A stretch of 64,000 nt of DNA, taken from positions 80,786,001-80,850,000 of the forward strand of contig OZ336877.1 in the NCBI GenBank assembly GCA_965287045.1. The letters are read 5' to 3'. Below, in pieces: positions 61,490-64,000 of this stretch (its first letter is position 1; each line of letters starts with the position of its first letter). Both the position numbers and the translations under genes were made by a program. The stretch is from Carcharhinus amblyrhynchos. Taxonomy: Eukaryota. The notes under the pieces are model-generated. The model was given only the letters and a program-made list of their open reading frames with translations, made no database searches and was not told the DNA's origin.

Positions 61490-62510
61490 TGCATTCTTGG
61501 AGAAGGTTAAGAGGAGATTTGATAGAGGTTTTCAGAATCACAAGGAATCACAGATTTGATATGGAGAAACTGTTCCCATTAGCAGAAGGTTGAGAACCAG
61601 AGAACTCAGATTAAATGGAATTGGAAAAAGAAGCATTGGTGACATGAAGAAAAAATTTTTTTACAATTAAGTGAATAGGATCTTGTTTGAAAATGTTTAA
61701 AGGCAAGTTCAATCAAGGTTTTCAAAAGATAATTGGATAATTATCTGAAGAGTAAAACATTGCGGGGCTGCAGGGAAAAGTGGAAGAGTGGGCCCAATTT
61801 AGTAGAACTCTTGCAGAAAGCCAATAAGAACACAACCAGCTAAGTGGTTTTCTTCTGTAACCATTCTTTTGTTTTAAATTACTTACGACAATGCATTATG
61901 GACTAACAATTTTGGTACTGGCACCAGTGCTGTGGAAAGTGTGATCTCTACCATTTGGATGGTTTACACTTGAACCATACTGTGGCCAGTGTACTAGCAA
62001 CCTACATAACTAGGTAAGTAGAGAGGGTTTTAAACTAAACACCTCTCTACAAAGATTGTGCTTCCACTGCCTTTTGAGGAAGAGGATTCCAAAGACTTGT
62101 GATCATTAGACAAAAATATTTTTCCTCATCTATGTGTTTCGTAAGGGGCCAAATTTTGGAAAAGGTGGTAAATTAAAGAACATGCAAACAAATGAATTAG
62201 GAACACGAGTAGGCCACTTAGCCCCTCAAGCCTTCTTCACCATTCAATAAGATCTGGCTGATCTGATTGTAACCTCAACCCCACATTCCTGCTTACTCTC
62301 AATAGCCTTTCCCTCCTTGTTAATCAAGAATCTATCCAGCTCTACCTTGAAAATATTCAAAGATTGTGCTTCCACTGCCTTTTGAGGAAGAGAATTCCAA
62401 AGACTTGTGATCCTCAGACAAAAACATTTTTTCTCATCTATGTGTTTAATTACCTTAGTTTTAAACAGTGACCCCTAGTTCTAGATTCTTCAGTAAGAGG
62501 AAACATCCAC
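61490..62510. mobile_element. Old CR1 fragments (plus strand 61490-61870; minus strand 62180-62510)
   Basis: RLRGDLIEVF motif and CR1 3'UTR motifs. Confidence 0.7.
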
Positions 62511-63470
62511 TTGGAGAGGCAAGGCTTGATCAGCGATAGTCATCATGGCTTCATTTGAGGGAGGTCATGCCTAACAAATTTAATTGAGATTTTGATGAAG
62601 CGACCAGGGTGAGGGTTGTGCAGTTGATGTGGTTTACATGGATTTCAGCAAAACCTTTGACAAGTTCCCACTTGGGAGACTTATGAAGAAGGCAAATGCA
62701 CATGGGATACAGGGTAATTTGATCAAGTGGATTCAAAATTGGCTCAGTTATAGGAGACGGAGTGATGACAGAGAGCTGTTTTATTGACCTGAAGCTAGTG
62801 TCCAGTGGCATTCCACAGGGATCTGTCCTGGGTTCTCCTATTATTCATCATTTATATAAGCAACACAGATGACTATATCGGGGGTAGAATTAGTAAGTTT
62901 GCAGATGACACAAAGATTGGCTGGGTGTTTAACAGTGAGGTTGAGTGCCTTGGGCTACAAGAAGATATAGATGGGATGGTCAAATGGGCAGATAAGTGGC
63001 AAATGAAATCTAACTCTGAAAAGTGTGAGGAGATATGCTTTGGAAAGAGAAATTTTACAATTGAATTAATTAATTAATTAATTCAATGAATGGCATGACA
63101 CTAGGAAGTTCTGTAGAACAAAGGGACCTTGGCGTGTCTGTCCACAGATCTCTGAAGGCAGAAGGGCATGTTAGTAGGGTGATGAGAAAGGCATATGCAG
63201 CATTTGCCTTTATCAATCAAAGCATAGATTACAAAAGCAGGGAAGTCATGTTGGGGTTGTATGGAACTTTGGTGAGGCCACAGCTAGAGCAGCATGTGCA
63301 GTTCTGGTTATCATAGGAAGGATGTGAGTTCATTGGAGGGGTGCGGAGGTGATTCACCAGGATGCTGCCTGGGATTGATTATTTAAGTTATGAAGAGAGA
63401 TGAGTAGGCTTGGATTGTTTTTACTACAGCAGAGAAGATTTGGCGGGGGGAGAATGTTTGATCAAGGTGT
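62510..63470 (+). mobile_element. CR1 RT fragment, degenerate
   Basis: DFSKTFDK, SKFADDTKIG and LVRPQLE. Confidence 0.85.
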
Positions 63471-64000
63471 ACAGATATTTACCATTTATATAGATGATCT
63501 GGAGGAGGGGGCTAAGTGTAGGGTGACGAAATTTGCTGATGACACAAAGATGAGTGGAAAAGCAAATTGTGCGGAGGGTGTGGAAAGTCTGCAAAGGGAT
63601 CAGGATAGGCTGAGCGAGTGGCGAGGACTTGGCAGATGGAGTACAATGTTAGCAAGTGTGAGGTTATCCACTTTGGCAGGAATAATAGTAGGAGGAATTA
63701 CTATTTAAAGGGCGAAAAGCTGCAGCATGCTACGCTGCAGAGGGACCTGGGGGTCCTTGTGCATGAGTCGCAAAAACCCAGTCTGCAGGTACAGCAGGTG
63801 ATCAAGAAAGCGAATGGGATGCTGGCCTTTACAGCGAGGGGGATAGAATATAAAAGCAGGGAGGTCTTGCTGCTACTGTACAGGGCATTGGTGAGGCCGC
63901 AGCTGGAGTATTGTGTGCAGTTTTGGTCGCCGCACTTGCGCAAGGATATTTTGGCCTTGGAGGGAGTGCAGAGGAGGTTCACTAGGCTGATACCGGAGAT
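63471..64000 (+). mobile_element. Young CR1 fragment continuing beyond the window
   Basis: FTIYIDDL..KFADDTK; 63815-64000 closely matches 12645-12830. Confidence 0.9.

Overview
This is repeat-saturated vertebrate intronic/intergenic DNA, not prokaryotic. The HE1/V-type and Deu-type SINEs, CR1 LINEs and Penelope/Harbinger families point to a cartilaginous fish (shark); that assignment is inferred from the repeat content. I found no intact host gene, only a few weak candidate exons and a possibly decayed coding stretch. The window contains: (i) many CR1 LINE fragments of several ages, including a very young subfamily; (ii) L2/Crack-like and Rex1/Babar LINE fragments; (iii) tRNA-derived SINEs with different LINE-derived tails; (iv) two fossil PIF/Harbinger transposons with convergent Myb/SANT and transposase genes, plus about 10 GC-rich non-autonomous derivatives; (v) two Penelope-like (PLE) families. 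The strongest signal is a minimal hammerhead ribozyme in the PLE terminal repeats. Three copies have an intact core, four have lost a catalytic G at a CpG, and stem II shows compensatory changes. The repeats occur as small, often fold-back insertions with 9-14 bp target-site duplications. Other notable structures are an 89-bp perfect palindrome, a 133-bp-arm inverted duplication with a 68-bp identical core, and local templated insertions. Coordinates were read by eye; ends of old repeats are approximate and no database search was possible.
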